From Candidatus Melainabacteria bacterium 17Bon1m (GTDB lineage: Bacteria; Cyanobacteriota; Vampirovibrionia; Obscuribacterales; Obscuribacteraceae), in NCBI GenBank assembly GCA_032128875.1, contig JAVLKG010000001.1, forward strand, positions 1 to 64,000: a stretch of 64,000 bases of DNA, written 5' to 3'. Each line of letters begins with the position of its first letter. The first letter of the stretch is position 1. The position numbers were made by a program, and so were the translations under genes. This document shows, piece by piece, positions 1-10,095 of the stretch. Below the pieces are notes generated by a model. That model ran no database searches. It had not been told where the DNA came from and was given only the letters and a program-made list of their open reading frames with translations.

Positions 1-68
1 TTTCTCTCGCCTTGATTCAACACGACGAATAGATAATCCATTCGAAGCTGTCAAGGCCATCATAAAAG

Positions 69-186
69 GGGAGCCGCATCGTACACAGTAGGGGCGCCGC
101 ATCGTGCACTGTATGGGAGCCGCATTGTACACCGTACGGGAGCCGCATGCGGCTCCCTGACTGGGAAGCGCATGCGCTTCCCCTAC
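69..186. repeat. Cluster of GTAG-type REP-like palindromes with 23-bp tandem units
   Basis: GGG(A/C)GCCGCAT starts at 69, 92, 115 and 138 (period 23). Perfect palindromes GGGAGCCGCATGCGGCTCCC (138-157) and GGGAAGCGCATGCGCTTCCC (163-182), the latter followed by CTAC. Confidence 0.75.
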
Positions 187-264
187 CGTCGCCAGGCATG
201 GGAAAAGCACCATTCCGAAATTGCTAGGTCGCCCGTATGATGGCATTCTCAACATCATCCAGAA

Positions 265-996
265 GTGCGACCCATGAAAAATTCTTCGCTTACAGCCATT
301 CTATTGCTGATCATGCTGGTTTGCAGCACGAGCCCGTCACTGGCGCAGTACCAAAATCAGAACAACTCGTCATCGTCGAATACGATGCCCATGCAGTTCA
401 TGGCTCCCAACTACTGGGGCGATGCGCGAGTGAAGAATCGTTCGACTGCGACAAACAATCAGCAGTCTAACTCCGCGCCGCCCTCGAGCGGTGGACGCAG
501 CGGCGGAGGCGGCGGAATCAGTCCGTACATGTTTATGGGACCGGCGATGATGGTCCCCGCTATGTTGCGCCGAAGCACAGGGCATATGCACCCAAATCAC
601 AAGCCGCGCAAGGCTAACGACGAAGATGAAAACGATTCAAAGCAAAAGAAGAAAAAGAAGCATTCGAAAGAACGTTCCGTGAACGACGATAATAACATGC
701 CTGATCCGATGTATCCGACGCAAGGCATGTCTGCCCTGTCGAGGAAGACGCTCGACATGCAAAACGGAAATAGCTCTCCGCAGATAGATGATCCACGCCT
801 GCGCGTTACAGGCATTATGCAGGACGAAGAAGTATCAGCTCAAATGCAAACACCTGGGCAAGTGCAAAGTATTGCGCCTCTACATCCGGAACAATTTCAA
901 GTTCAATCGCAGGCGCAGCAGCAATTGGAAGCACCCGTTCGTGCGCAGTTGCCCACAACCGGAAGTGACGATCAGGCTCCAGGCGTTGGATTTTAG
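265..996 (+). CDS. Secreted low-complexity hypothetical protein
   Basis: 243-aa ORF with signal-peptide-like N-terminus and N/S/G/Q/K-rich tracts; start may be 274. Confidence 0.7.
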   Translation: MRPMKNSSLTAILLLIMLVCSTSPSLAQYQNQNNSSSSNTMPMQFMAPNYWGDARVKNRSTATNNQQSNSAPPSSGGRSGGGGGISPYMFMGPAMMVPAMLRRSTGHMHPNHKPRKANDEDENDSKQKKKKKHSKERSVNDDNNMPDPMYPTQGMSALSRKTLDMQNGNSSPQIDDPRLRVTGIMQDEEVSAQMQTPGQVQSIAPLHPEQFQVQSQAQQQLEAPVRAQLPTTGSDDQAPGVGF

Positions 997-1025
997 AAGA
1001 GCAGCGCAAATCTACTTTTAAGCAG

Positions 1026-1502
1026 CTAGTATCTCTCGCCTACGTCTCGGTAAATGTGTAAAATCGAGGCTACTAAATCTGCCGTCAATGCTCCAGGATC
1101 GTCTTGATCTGCGAGTGAGACAACCTCGAATGCGATGCGGAAAACAAGTACGCCTACACGTATTGAGTAGTAAACATCACCATCCGATTTACTGTACGGA
1201 GATGACTCGTAAGCAATTAGTTGCTTGTCCCCGAATTGGGTGTCAATTTTGAGTTTTGTCCCCATGTGTTCGAGTCTTGCGATTTCGTCTTCCATAAGAG
1301 CAGCTGCACTATTAGGGTGTGAAAATTCAATGACCATTAAGGAGAAGCTGGAAACCTTTGAGTTCGGATCTTCGCTATCGAAGTTTTCCAAAATGATTGC
1401 TCTTCCATTTCTGGCACGCAAGTCATAAAAGCACGTGAATGACTCGCCAACTGCATACGCAATGCGAAATGGAAACGTACTAGGAATTTTAGGAACTGAC
1501 AT
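1026..1502 (-). CDS. Hypothetical protein
   Basis: 158-aa ORF directly downstream of pcp; no recognised motif. Confidence 0.65.
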   Translation of the reverse strand: MSVPKIPSTFPFRIAYAVGESFTCFYDLRARNGRAIILENFDSEDPNSKVSSFSLMVIEFSHPNSAAALMEDEIARLEHMGTKLKIDTQFGDKQLIAYESSPYSKSDGDVYYSIRVGVLVFRIAFEVVSLADQDDPGALTADLVASILHIYRDVGERY

Positions 1503-1527
1503 CAGCTAACCTCAATCTTAGGTTTCT

Positions 1528-2187
1528 CTACAAAGACAGGGCTATTATTTGCTCAACGGCATCTAGCATTTTCGTTATTCCGTGCCCTTTTGCTGCACTC
1601 TTAGCCAATTTCGCGGCTTTTAGAGACTTTGAGTACGTACGCGGCAAGGGCAGATGCACAAATAGCACGTTCGCAGGTTTAGCCTGCTTTTCCAGATACC
1701 GCAGGCATTTGAAGTACACTTCATTGCAGATGAACGTTCCTGCGTGGTTCGAAACCTCGCACAGGACGCCGTTCTGAGCCAGTGTCTTGCTCATCGCTGC
1801 CACGGAAAGACCCGTCTTCAGAGCGTCTGGTGCGCCTTTCTCGATTAATTCGTCTAAGTACTGATGCCCGCCATTGTCCTTGATACGGTAGTCTCGGATG
1901 TTTAGAGCGAACCGTTCTAACGAAATCTTTTCGCGCTTAGCCGCTACACCTGTCAGTATTACGGCATCGTAAACGTCCTTGTTGCCGTCCAGTTTGCGCT
2001 TAAGCTTGCCCCACGCCTTGTTGCAGCAGGTTGGCAGTACGAGGGTGTCCAGTAGAACCTCCCCCTTCCTACCTGGCAACTTTATTGAGCCACCCAGCGA
2101 CTCCACAACAATCTGGCTAGGGTTGGAGTCGAGGTTGTCGAAGGCGTCGAAACCCGCCACCAGTACTCGTTTGGGCTTGGATGGCAA
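1528..2187 (-). CDS. pcp: Pyroglutamyl-peptidase I (peptidase C15)
   Basis: VLVAGFDAF..NPS, ISLERFALN, SNHAGTFICNEVYF (catalytic Cys) and FVHLP. Confidence 0.9.
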   Translation of the reverse strand: MPSKPKRVLVAGFDAFDNLDSNPSQIVVESLGGSIKLPGRKGEVLLDTLVLPTCCNKAWGKLKRKLDGNKDVYDAVILTGVAAKREKISLERFALNIRDYRIKDNGGHQYLDELIEKGAPDALKTGLSVAAMSKTLAQNGVLCEVSNHAGTFICNEVYFKCLRYLEKQAKPANVLFVHLPLPRTYSKSLKAAKLAKSAAKGHGITKMLDAVEQIIALSL

Positions 2188-2284
2188 GGGGGCTCTCCTC
2201 TGGCTTCCCGCAAAAGCTTGTAAACACTCTCTTCTGTAGCTCGTAGGCGTTTACGCCTCTTAGTGTAGAATATCTTTCACCCAC

Positions 2285-2370
2285 GCCGAAGTGGCGAAAT
2301 GGCAGACGCAGTTGACTCAAAATCATCCGCCTTCACGGGCGTGTCGGTTCGACTCCGACCTTCGGCACCA
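2285..2370 (+). tRNA. tRNA-Leu (anticodon CAA)
   Basis: GCCGAAG/CTTCGGC acceptor stem, D arm, anticodon loop CT-CAA-AA, long variable arm, GGTTCGACTCC T loop, encoded CCA. Confidence 0.96.
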
Positions 2371-2419
2371 ATCTTTCTCAGACTTCATAAAACGATTTTT
2401 GGTATAGGCAAATGGCTCC

Positions 2420-2481
2420 TGTGAAGCCAATGTGAATCCAAATAATCGAGTTTTTGATGTGCCTTTATCCGTGTGAATCCA
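2420..2481 (+). repeat. Three TGTGAA(G/T)CCA direct repeats downstream of the tRNA
   Basis: Copies at 2420-2429, 2431-2440 and 2472-2481. Confidence 0.6.
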
Positions 2482-2586
2482 GTTTGCCTGTGCGGGTTGG
2501 TTTTTGCTTGTTCGTGGTGAAACTAACTGGGCGAGATCCTAAGCTGTTTCGTCTAAAACCCTTGGTATCAAATCTGGTGCACGCAG

Positions 2587-3816
2587 ATGCAGTTCACGAA
2601 GCGATTTTTGTTGAAGTTATTGGTGCTTGAGTGTTTAACCTCTGATGCAGCTGCATATGCAAAGGAGGCAGCGAGCGAACAGAGTTTGTCGCCAACTCAT
2701 CATTCTGGTACCTCAAGTCCTTCATCCGCGTTGTTAACTGTTGTTCCAGGCTCTTTAGAAGTGGAGCGCAATGAACTAGCGAAGAAAATTCAATCAGCCA
2801 GGGAGAAAGGGATCGGAATCCAAGTTTACGTAAACCTTTTTCAGGAAATTGAAAAGATGGTCGTGGCAGATCGACCGGCTGAATCAATAGAGTCGAAACT
2901 TGAAAATGTTGATAAGGCACTTTCCGCTCAATTGTTTGCTATCGAGCAGGCTAGACGCAATCGAGTTTTGAATCGTAAGCAGGAAGTATTTGCGGATTTG
3001 AAACAAGCGCGCCTTTATGTTCTTTCTCTGGTAAATGCTGATCGAGCCATGTACAAATTATCTCCGGTTGCGCTTGACGCTGTTGCAACTCTAGCAGCGC
3101 AACGACATGCTGATGAGATGTCCTCAATTGGCTATCTGTCGCACTGGGATGTAGCTGGCAAGAAACCGGACCAACGATATTCTGAAGCCGGTGGGACTCA
3201 CAGTACCGGAGAAAATTGCGCTTACACTTTTTCTAATCGTATTACTAGCAATAATCTGTTTTCGAGTCGGGACCTAGATGCACTGGAGTCGTCTTTTATG
3301 GATGAGATTCCTCCAGGCGATGGTCATCGAAGGCAAATTCTTAGGCCTGAACACAACAAGCTTGGAATAGGGCTAAGTTCGCGTACGGATTTGAATGGGC
3401 ATTCACGAGTGAGCTTGGTGCAGGAGTTCATCAATGAATATGGCGTGTATGAGAAGCTGCCAAACAAAATTTTTCGAATGAAGCCATTCGTTGTGTCAGG
3501 CCGTCTTTTTCCGGGGTGTAGGATAAAGTCAATTTCCATTCATTGGGAACTAAAACCAAAGCCAATGACTGTGGCAGAACTTTCTAAGACGCATTCCTAT
3601 GAGTTGCCGGATAGTATTGTCTCTTCGCTGCCAGATGGAAAGTTGGCTACAGGTAAGACCTGGATGAAGGAAGGGAGTCAGCAATTTTCGGTGGCTATAA
3701 CGCCACCTAAAGATTGGCAATCTGGACTTTACTATATTTTGGTTTGGGCCGAGCAAACAAAAGGAAAGGTTCAAAAGGAAATTCTCGTTTCAACAAGAAC
3801 AACCCAACTTGATTGA
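2587..3816 (+). CDS. Secreted CAP (SCP/PR-1) domain protein
   Basis: Signal peptide; LVNADR, AAQRHADEM..GYLSH, GENCA, GHRRQIL and LGIG motifs. Confidence 0.85.
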   Translation: MQFTKRFLLKLLVLECLTSDAAAYAKEAASEQSLSPTHHSGTSSPSSALLTVVPGSLEVERNELAKKIQSAREKGIGIQVYVNLFQEIEKMVVADRPAESIESKLENVDKALSAQLFAIEQARRNRVLNRKQEVFADLKQARLYVLSLVNADRAMYKLSPVALDAVATLAAQRHADEMSSIGYLSHWDVAGKKPDQRYSEAGGTHSTGENCAYTFSNRITSNNLFSSRDLDALESSFMDEIPPGDGHRRQILRPEHNKLGIGLSSRTDLNGHSRVSLVQEFINEYGVYEKLPNKIFRMKPFVVSGRLFPGCRIKSISIHWELKPKPMTVAELSKTHSYELPDSIVSSLPDGKLATGKTWMKEGSQQFSVAITPPKDWQSGLYYILVWAEQTKGKVQKEILVSTRTTQLD

Positions 3817-4042
3817 TTTAGGTTATTTTCTGGAGCGATTCTCTAGCCAGTATAGAGCCATGGCGACCACAGATATGTTTTGGGGTTTGCTAATCGGCGT
3901 TGCCGTTGTTCCTATTGCCTGCCTTTTTGCTTGTGGTGCTATAGCTATTTTTGAAGTTTGCAAACAGCGCCAGCCGAAGCAAATTCTTCAGGAATTTGAA
4001 GAGCAATCTGAAGCCTATGGGTTTGTTGAAGAGTTAGACTAA
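3809..4042 (+). CDS. Small single-TM hypothetical protein
   Basis: Hydrophobic segment; true start possibly the ATG at 3860. Confidence 0.5.
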   Translation: MIDLGYFLERFSSQYRAMATTDMFWGLLIGVAVVPIACLFACGAIAIFEVCKQRQPKQILQEFEEQSEAYGFVEELD

Positions 4043-4064
4043 AGGTAACCAAAGGTGGCAAGTT

Positions 4065-4610
4065 ATGACAATGGAAAGGACAATTGTTGCATTTATCGTT
4101 TTCTCTGCAATCAGCGTGGAGCCAGCGTTGTGTTCAGGTGTTTGCAATTGCCCTGCTGAAATTCCCATTGAGTCATCTAAAAATCAAAAGCCGGTAAAGT
4201 ATGACCTTGCCAGAGCAGCCTGGTATTCCCGTGTTTACCAGTCCTTGAAATTGAAAGTAGATTTGGTGGCAGAAGCGTTTGTTGATTCTTCAATGCGTGT
4301 TATTTGCAAGATAGCAGTGCGGATCGGAGCAGGAAGGAAGATTCTCGATGCTAAAGTACTAGAAAGTAGTGGCAATGTGGAATTTGAGCGTGTCTGCTTA
4401 GCTGCATTAAGCAGCCTTGAAGGTGATGCGTTGCTTGAGCGTCCAAACTCCATTGTTGAAGTCTCGGCATCTGAGATTTTTTCATTCGCTGTTGAACCGA
4501 AAGATCATGTGCTGATTGATATGGATATGTCGCAAGATGAGTTAGATTTGCTCATCAAAATGCCAATTCCGAAAATCAAGGAGCGACTCAATGAGCTTAA
4601 GCGTCTCTGA
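4065..4610 (+). CDS. Exported TonB/TolA C-terminal-like domain protein
   Basis: Signal peptide; GRKILDAKVLESSGNVEFERVCLAAL resembles the TonB_C/TolA SSG motif. Confidence 0.6.
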   Translation: MTMERTIVAFIVFSAISVEPALCSGVCNCPAEIPIESSKNQKPVKYDLARAAWYSRVYQSLKLKVDLVAEAFVDSSMRVICKIAVRIGAGRKILDAKVLESSGNVEFERVCLAALSSLEGDALLERPNSIVEVSASEIFSFAVEPKDHVLIDMDMSQDELDLLIKMPIPKIKERLNELKRL

Positions 4611-4619
4611 AGTTTAGCC

Positions 4620-5093
4620 TTATGACGAAGTCCTTCCGAAGAGTCTCCGCTCGCAGTCGGCAGCAAAAGCGAGGCATGCACGAATATCCTCAATGGTCAG
4701 TTCTGGAAAATCGGAAAGTACGTCTTCGTATGACATTCCTCCCGCCAGGCAATCAAGAACATCGGCAACGGTGATGCGCATGCCGCGTATGCAGGGCTTG
4801 CCGCTTCGTTTGCCAGGTTCAATCGTAATGATTTTTCTGTAGTCCATTTTTTGAATGCTTTGTTGATTTGTCGATTCGGTCGCGCTCGCTTCGCGATCCT
4901 GTTCGTTCAGATCCTTAACTTCTTCAAACTCGCTCATCTTTGGATACTCGTGAATCAATTTGCCATCTCGCACGATGACAATTGCCGTGCCTGTTTCTGC
5001 AGCCAGCTTTCTGGCGCTCTTTGCGGCTCTGAGGAGAGCTGCCATTGAGCCCTTCATGTCAGGCTCATCAAGCTCCGACTGCTCTTTGGTCAT
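4620..5093 (-). CDS. DUF433 domain protein with N-terminal extra module
   Basis: C-terminal GKPCIRGMRITVADVL..DFPELTIEDIRACLAFA is a DUF433 signature. Confidence 0.8.
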   Translation of the reverse strand: MTKEQSELDEPDMKGSMAALLRAAKSARKLAAETGTAIVIVRDGKLIHEYPKMSEFEEVKDLNEQDREASATESTNQQSIQKMDYRKIITIEPGKRSGKPCIRGMRITVADVLDCLAGGMSYEDVLSDFPELTIEDIRACLAFAADCERRLFGRTSS

Positions 5094-5359
5094 TTTCTGT
5101 AATCTCTATTCAATCTATGTCGCTCCAGAATTGTGCCGATGTAAAAAGTTCGAGATGTCTTACATTGCAAGTCGCAATAACTGTTTCTCGTTCATCGGTT
5201 TGTGCGGTGATTGCTTGTGCCGCTAAAATCGCATCAGCATCAAGCTCTGCGTCGCCAGCTGTTGGTTGAGTTGATTACTAGTTTACCAAAGAATATATGG
5301 TTACTGCGAAACAGGGTTTTTAGTTGCTCTATAGCCCGGATGGTACCTTCACCAAAGGG

Positions 5360-6445
5360 TCATCGAGGCCTGATGGGAGCGGCACTAGATCGAATTTTTA
5401 CCAGTTTGCGTGCCTCTTGGATCCGCTGTCTTATGCTCTTAGCTCTGCGCTGAGCGTACTTGTTTGGTGATGAAATAACAGAGTCGATAGTTCTTTCGGC
5501 TTCATCAAATCTTTCGAGATCATTTAAACAAGATGCTTTGATGCACAAAGCATCCAAATAATCGTCCGAGTAGTGAGGTACTTTGGCTGTGTCAAAGCAA
5601 CTGAGCGCGATCATGCATTCGTTCAAGCCTTCACTTGCTTTTCCGAGCATCATCAAGCAAACCGCTTTCGTCGTATGAGGCTTTGGTGTGGATGGGAAGA
5701 GTTTTTCCGCTTCTTCTGCAAGATTTACGGCTAGCATGTATTTCCGCTGTTTGAAAGCTAGAGATGACTTCATTGATAGATGATTGTATTCGTCATACTC
5801 TACTGGACCGCTAATTAGTTTCGGAAGAAACTGTTTCTGGAATTCAACTGAATCATACAACTTGTTTTTTTCTTCGTGGACTTCCATGGCGAATGCTAGA
5901 AGTTCATTGAGATCAACTGGATACTTTGGCGGGTTGCCTAACTTTAGTTTCTTGCTGTATGTCACCCATTCAGGCGAATTTGATATCAAGTTTCCCCAGT
6001 CGGCAGAGTGAGTGATTTCATGCAAGATAGTCCCGAATCGTATTGTTTCCCGGTCTTCTTGGAAGAAGCGATCTGGTATAAACACAGCACCCGCAAAAGT
6101 GCAGGCGGACGGGTTGTAGCCTGGTTCCTTTTGAGTAATTCGGACGAGAGTTAGGGTGCCTGCTCTCTTGAGAAGGCGACCGTACTTTTTTTGAACTCGA
6201 CTCATGTATCCATCAACCATTTTTCTTTCCGGAGCAGTCCAGGACTTGACCGATTTTCTGTCTCTCCATGGATCGAAATGAAGTCCGCCTTCGACTGTCG
6301 CGAAAACCCATGCTGGTTTCTTCTCCGTTTCCGCTTTTAGCGTCGTTACATCAATTTTCGATAGCTCGCTGCTCAGGCTGGTTTGTGTACTTGAGCCTGT
6401 TGTTGCGATGCCTACTATCGCTATCACTATGAGTTTTTTCGACAT
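5360..6445 (-). CDS. Secreted HExxH zincin-like plus TPR protein
   Basis: Signal peptide, LHEITHSAD, downstream ELLA, C-terminal TPR-like helices. Confidence 0.7.
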   Translation of the reverse strand: MSKKLIVIAIVGIATTGSSTQTSLSSELSKIDVTTLKAETEKKPAWVFATVEGGLHFDPWRDRKSVKSWTAPERKMVDGYMSRVQKKYGRLLKRAGTLTLVRITQKEPGYNPSACTFAGAVFIPDRFFQEDRETIRFGTILHEITHSADWGNLISNSPEWVTYSKKLKLGNPPKYPVDLNELLAFAMEVHEEKNKLYDSVEFQKQFLPKLISGPVEYDEYNHLSMKSSLAFKQRKYMLAVNLAEEAEKLFPSTPKPHTTKAVCLMMLGKASEGLNECMIALSCFDTAKVPHYSDDYLDALCIKASCLNDLERFDEAERTIDSVISSPNKYAQRRAKSIRQRIQEARKLVKIRSSAAPIRPR

Positions 6446-6650
6446 TGGAACGTGCTCTTATCAATTTCTGCATTATGCAGAATAGCATCTGTGATTTGTT
6501 GCATGGCTGCACGTAACCAATAACCATTGCTGCGGATTGTAGATCCCTATTAACGCAGAGTGGTATGTCCCTGTACTCTAACTTGCACACTGCTTGCTTG
6601 AAGAACTTTGTTATATTGTTAGGCGTCATCGCAAGCGAGAGAATTCATAA

Positions 6651-8153
6651 ATGATCGGTCATCACAGAAACACAATGGCAAAGGCTGATGTCGTGCTCAT
6701 TGGCGCCGGCATTATGAGCGCTACTCTTGCCACTCTGCTCAAAGAGTTGCAGCCCGATCTAAAAATCAGAGTTTTTGAAACGCTTCAGGGCGCAGCGTTG
6801 GAAAGTTCCAGTGCTTGGAACAATGCCGGCACCGGGCACGCGGCCTTGTGCGAATTGAATTACACGCCAGAGAGAAATGGCGGGGACATCGATATTTCCA
6901 AGGCGTTAGAGATCAATACCGAGTTTGATCTTTCGCGGCAATTTTGGGCTTATATGGTCAAGAAGGGGGCAATCAAAGACCCTCGGATGTTTGTTCATTC
7001 TGTACCGCATATGAGCTTTGTACGCGGCGCGGATAACGTTGCTTACCTGAAGAAGCGTTTTGACGCCTTGTCCGCGCATCACTGCTACACGGGAATGGAA
7101 TTTTCAGCGGACAAAGAGAAGATTCGCGAATGGGCACCACTTTTAATAGAGGGACGAGATGCTAATGAATCAGTAGCGGCAACGCGCATGATTAGCGGCA
7201 CGGATGTTGATTATGGCGCTCTTACTAATTTGCTATTTGATACCCTGTGTGACCAAGAGGGATTTTTTATCCACTACTCCTCGCGCGTTGAAAACCTCAA
7301 GCGCAGCGACGATTCGTCCTGGATATTGACGGTGCGCGACGAGAAAGCCGACACTCATTTCAAGGTTAATGCCAAATTCGTATTCATTGGAGCGGGCGGC
7401 GGAACATTGCCACTGCTTCAAAAATCAGGGATTCCAGAGGCTGATGGTTTCGCTGGATTTCCGGTGAGTGGTATTTGGTTCCGTTGCGACAAACCCGATG
7501 TCGTTGCTCGCCATCATGCCAAAGTATATGGGAAGGCGAGCGTCGGTTCCCCACCAATGTCTGTGCCGCATCTTGATACTCGACACGTCGAGGGAAAAAC
7601 AGCGCTGCTCTTTGGTCCGTACGCTGGTTTCTCTACAAAGTTTCTCAAACATGGTTCGTATCTCGATCTTTTCGCTTCGATCGATCCTGAGAATATATTG
7701 CCGATGCTGGCGGTTGGCAAAGATAACGTTGCTCTCGAAAGGTATCTGGTAGGGCAGGTTTTTGAAACACAGCATGAACGTTTCGAGGCGTTGCAAGAGT
7801 TTTATCCAAACGCATCAGAAAGCGATTGGCGCCTGCAAGTCGCAGGACAGCGCGTTCAGATCGTGAAGAAGCATCCTAGTCAGGGTGGAATACTTCAGTT
7901 TGGAACAGAACTAGTTTTTGCTGCTGATCATTCACTCGCTGCGATGCTGGGCGCGTCTCCGGGTGCATCAACAGCCGTTTGGATTATGCTCCAACTCCTT
8001 GAGCGGTGTTTCAATAGCTCAATCAAAAATGGTTGGTCTGGCACGCTGACTAAGATGATCCCGTCATACGGCAAATCTCTGATTAATGATGCATCGCTGT
8101 GCCAAACGGTTCGTGTCAAGACAGCAGAAGTGCTGAAGCTTCAGAATGTTTGA
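6651..8153 (+). CDS. mqo: Malate:quinone oxidoreductase
   Basis: [41 protein letters not shown] and [11 protein letters not shown]; start may be 6675. Confidence 0.96.
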   Translation: MIGHHRNTMAKADVVLIGAGIMSATLATLLKELQPDLKIRVFETLQGAALESSSAWNNAGTGHAALCELNYTPERNGGDIDISKALEINTEFDLSRQFWAYMVKKGAIKDPRMFVHSVPHMSFVRGADNVAYLKKRFDALSAHHCYTGMEFSADKEKIREWAPLLIEGRDANESVAATRMISGTDVDYGALTNLLFDTLCDQEGFFIHYSSRVENLKRSDDSSWILTVRDEKADTHFKVNAKFVFIGAGGGTLPLLQKSGIPEADGFAGFPVSGIWFRCDKPDVVARHHAKVYGKASVGSPPMSVPHLDTRHVEGKTALLFGPYAGFSTKFLKHGSYLDLFASIDPENILPMLAVGKDNVALERYLVGQVFETQHERFEALQEFYPNASESDWRLQVAGQRVQIVKKHPSQGGILQFGTELVFAADHSLAAMLGASPGASTAVWIMLQLLERCFNSSIKNGWSGTLTKMIPSYGKSLINDASLCQTVRVKTAEVLKLQNV

Positions 8154-8210
8154 TTTTTAGGCTATTTGAATCTGAAAAATCTGCTTGGTATATGATGCTA
8201 GAAGTACCTG

Positions 8211-8825
8211 TTGGTGCATTTGGAAATGAACGAGCAAACAGATTTTGCACCGGAAGCTCCGAAATCTAAGAATGGTTTGCGTCCATGGATCGGAGTGCAC
8301 CTTGGCGTTGCGAATTCACTGCAGCAAGAGTATGGCAAACAATATGGACCTTCGGTTTTGAAAGTCATGCAATTTAGTCCTGCCGCTCGCGCTGGACTGG
8401 AAGCCAATGACGTATTGCTAAGCATCAATGGCACACGTGTAGATTCTCCAGAGGATTTCTTGCATTGTCTCAGAACTCATTCTGTTGGAACCACGATTAG
8501 CATATTGGTCCGGCGTGGCGATGTCGAACAAGTTGTTGAAGTGGAGATAGGAAGCGACAGCCACATACTGGGTGTTCCTGATTACTATGCCTTGCTTGAG
8601 GTTTCGCCTGATGCATCTGTTGAAGTGATAAAAGAGGCTTTTCTCGTTCAATCAAAGAAGTTTGATCCAGCAAATGTCGAAACCGGCGATCCGTATAAAT
8701 TGAAGCTTGTACGAGATGCCTGGGATACTTTGCACAGAGTGGAAAGTAGGGAAAGGTACGATATCTGGCTAGCGGAGCAAAAGTTGATTACCGAAGGAAA
8801 CTCGAAATTGCTTGACGAGAGCTAG
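8211..8825 (+). CDS. PDZ domain plus degenerate J-domain protein
   Basis: SPAARAGLEANDVLLSING (PDZ); DYYALLEVSPDASVEVIKEAF (J domain) with HPD replaced by DPA. Confidence 0.75.
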   Translation: MVHLEMNEQTDFAPEAPKSKNGLRPWIGVHLGVANSLQQEYGKQYGPSVLKVMQFSPAARAGLEANDVLLSINGTRVDSPEDFLHCLRTHSVGTTISILVRRGDVEQVVEVEIGSDSHILGVPDYYALLEVSPDASVEVIKEAFLVQSKKFDPANVETGDPYKLKLVRDAWDTLHRVESRERYDIWLAEQKLITEGNSKLLDES

Positions 8826-8945
8826 TCAAATACTTTGCTCTCTTTTCGCGCTCGCGCGAAGTTACCTGGAATGAAGTGATGCAATCGGTGGATTGGGGCG
8901 AAGAAAATTGCTTATTTTGCGATATGACTTTTGTCCTGTGAAAAT

Positions 8946-10010
8946 CTAAAAGACAGTCCAGTTTGAGTGCAGAGAGGTACCCTTGGAAGTTCCCGATCCT
9001 GAAAACCAGATGGCAGGACTTTGAATATTACGTACGGCTTTGGTCCCAAACAGTTTTGTGTCAATAAGAATGTCAGGGTCAATATGAAACGTGATGAAGT
9101 TTCCTTTTTCGCGTCCAAAGTACTTCAGTGGATCTCTTGATTTATCATTTACAGCACCTGAAACTTCTACTGGAATCCAACCAATATCCTTTGCAAAAAA
9201 TTCCGCCTTTACGTGTGCCTCTTCAGCACCGACTTGAGCGTTTGCTGACTTTGCCCATCGTCCTATCAAACTTCGCGCGGGAATTCCGTTTGCTCTTAGA
9301 ACCGCAACGAACAACCAAGATAGTCCTCCGCAGTCTGTTGAGTTACCCTGGCACAAACTTGAAACATGCCTGTCTTGTGATACTGAGTAATTGTAGTTGT
9401 ACGAATTTCTGATCGCCATGAACGAGCGCCAGGCGAATTGAAGATCGGATTCTCTATTTTTTCTCAAGGCATTTTCATCAAGCCATTTTTGGAAAATAGC
9501 GTCATTGAAGTTTAGATGGTCGCTCTGAGACAAATACCGAAGTTCCTCAGTTTTGCCTAAAGAAGGAACGAGTTTTTCTGAAGCTCCTGTGACTAAGTTG
9601 CGAGGTGCGAGAAGAACCTGATATTTCACGATTCCTGACAGCTTGTGTTTGTCCTTGCTATCTGAGATCAGAAGCTGCATCAGCTTTCTTTTGGCTGAGG
9701 TTGGTTCAAGTACTGTGGTCGCGTGCTGATTCACTTCGTGCGAGAAAAGGTTAGATGTTGGAGCTGTTTGCGCCTCCAAAACTGGTGCTTGTGGCATGAA
9801 AACGATCCACTTAGTTACGTCGCAATTTGGTGCCGTAATTGTCCAATCGAGTGTGCCAAGAACTTGTTGCACCTTTCCAGTCTGCATATGGCACTTCTCA
9901 AATGGAAAACACTGTGCCGAGCTCGGAACAGAAGGAAGAAGAAGCATTATCACTAGAGCCGCGGAAATTCTGATTTGGAAATCTGTATTCATTAGGATGA
10001 ATGTACCCAT
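8946..10010 (-). CDS. Secreted transglutaminase-like protein
   Basis: TDCGGLSWLFVAVLRANGIPAR, HVKAEF and GWIPVE motifs. Confidence 0.85.
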   Translation of the reverse strand: MGTFILMNTDFQIRISAALVIMLLLPSVPSSAQCFPFEKCHMQTGKVQQVLGTLDWTITAPNCDVTKWIVFMPQAPVLEAQTAPTSNLFSHEVNQHATTVLEPTSAKRKLMQLLISDSKDKHKLSGIVKYQVLLAPRNLVTGASEKLVPSLGKTEELRYLSQSDHLNFNDAIFQKWLDENALRKNRESDLQFAWRSFMAIRNSYNYNYSVSQDRHVSSLCQGNSTDCGGLSWLFVAVLRANGIPARSLIGRWAKSANAQVGAEEAHVKAEFFAKDIGWIPVEVSGAVNDKSRDPLKYFGREKGNFITFHIDPDILIDTKLFGTKAVRNIQSPAIWFSGSGTSKGTSLHSNWTVF

Positions 10011-10095
10011 TATAAAACTGAAATTAGTGACATTTTGAGCGGTTTAAGTATTCATCTGAGAAAATGCATGTGGAACCCTTTGCTTTGGACTTAGT

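Noticed and set aside
69-157. Mini-CRISPR
   Set aside because: The period is only 23 bp and the intervening segments are homologous to each other.
6466-6482. TTCTGCAT-T-ATGCAGAA palindrome as an mqo operator
   Set aside because: Single copy and no candidate regulator; not enough support.
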